Assembly (NCBI GenBank): GCA_035309865.1
Contig: DATGER010000134.1
Location: 5,331-69,330 of the forward strand
DNA from: Chloroflexota bacterium
Lineage (GTDB): Bacteria > Chloroflexota > UBA6077 > CF-72
Length of the DNA stretch: 64,000 nt
Direction: 5' to 3'
Under the pieces are notes generated by a model. It was not told where the DNA came from. It made no database searches and saw nothing but the letters and a program-made list of their open reading frames with translations. Positions 63,699-64,000 of the stretch are shown in pieces (position 1 is the stretch's first letter; every line of letters starts with the position of its first letter). The position numbers were made by a program, and so were the translations under genes.

Positions 63699-64000
63699 TG
63701 AAGATCGTCGGACCTGACGCAGCACCCCCTGGCTACCGTGGGGCGCCCCTCGCGGTTGCACGCCTGGCTGTCGCCGCGGCGATTTTGTGCTGCGCAAGTC
63801 TCGTCTGGGCTGGCTCATCCCAGGCCGCTGCCCAGGGCGGTCAAAAGCCGGCTAACCAGGCGCTGCCTGCTTCGACATCTTGCGAAGTGCTCAGCGTCGA
63901 TTGCGTGCTGACTCATCCGTGGTGGCCAGGCATCATCGGCCTTACCCAGTTTCTCGTTGTCGTGGTCGGTATATGGGCGGTTTCAACGACGATTGATGCC
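63699..64000 (+). CDS. Hypothetical secreted/membrane protein (3' end off the window)
   Basis: Open frame from GTG 63699 to the window edge: VKIVGPDAAPPGYRGAPLAVARLAVAAAILCCASLVWAGSSQAAAQ...WWPGIIGLTQFLVVVVGIWAV. Signal-like and TM-like segments only. Confidence 0.35.

Overview
High-GC (about 68-70% by eye) bacterial chromosomal segment, densely coded on both strands, with roughly 65 protein-coding genes or gene remnants. I found no rRNA, tRNA, CRISPR array, transposase, integrase or prophage genes. Housekeeping genes are clear: dnaE, pgi, glnA, accD-accA, pepN, an NlpC/P60 hydrolase and a PrsW protease. Gene content (F420-type Ddn-like reductase, LLM oxidoreductase, two mycothiol/DinB-type MDMPI proteins, TadE pseudopilins, a YciI-ECF sigma pair) fits an actinobacterial- or Chloroflexota-like organism, but I cannot assign taxonomy from this window.

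Most interesting loci:
1. 22663-26085: a tightly packed minus-strand operon of cupin, membrane-anchored diheme cytochrome c, MauE-thioredoxin (MauD-like) fusion and a secreted protein with 23 Cys in 96 residues. The Cys spacing, including an HCCP motif, resembles granulin. A divergent TetR gene and a GTAGAC repeat operator candidate sit upstream. I read this as a candidate dedicated oxidative-folding system.
2. 35670-42045: two paralogous proteins that fuse a polytopic membrane domain to a clan GH-A glycosidase. They flank a GntR/HutC regulator with a perfect 16-nt palindrome at its start, and are followed by a translationally coupled secreted GH30-like enzyme.
3. A dispersed intergenic inverted-repeat family with core GGAGCGAGCG[C/A]AGCGATGCGG. 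It is elaborated into a 14-nt x6 array (19.1 kb) and a 51-nt x4 array (53.6 kb).
4. 51022-60474: a sugar-acid-like cluster combining a DgoD-like enolase-superfamily dehydratase, a LarA-like (nickel-pincer racemase family) protein and an ATPase-less peptide-type ABC importer.
5. 60522-63544: a tyrosinase with a fungal/plant-type C-x-H motif and a C-terminal cap domain, directly followed by a DUF2182-like metal-binding membrane protein and a sulfurtransferase.

Several decayed genes are present: a histidine-kinase fragment, a split MDMPI gene, a DoxX-like remnant, a low-GC RibD_C remnant and a multi-frame ORF next to dnaE. All functional calls come from motif recognition by eye. No database search was run.
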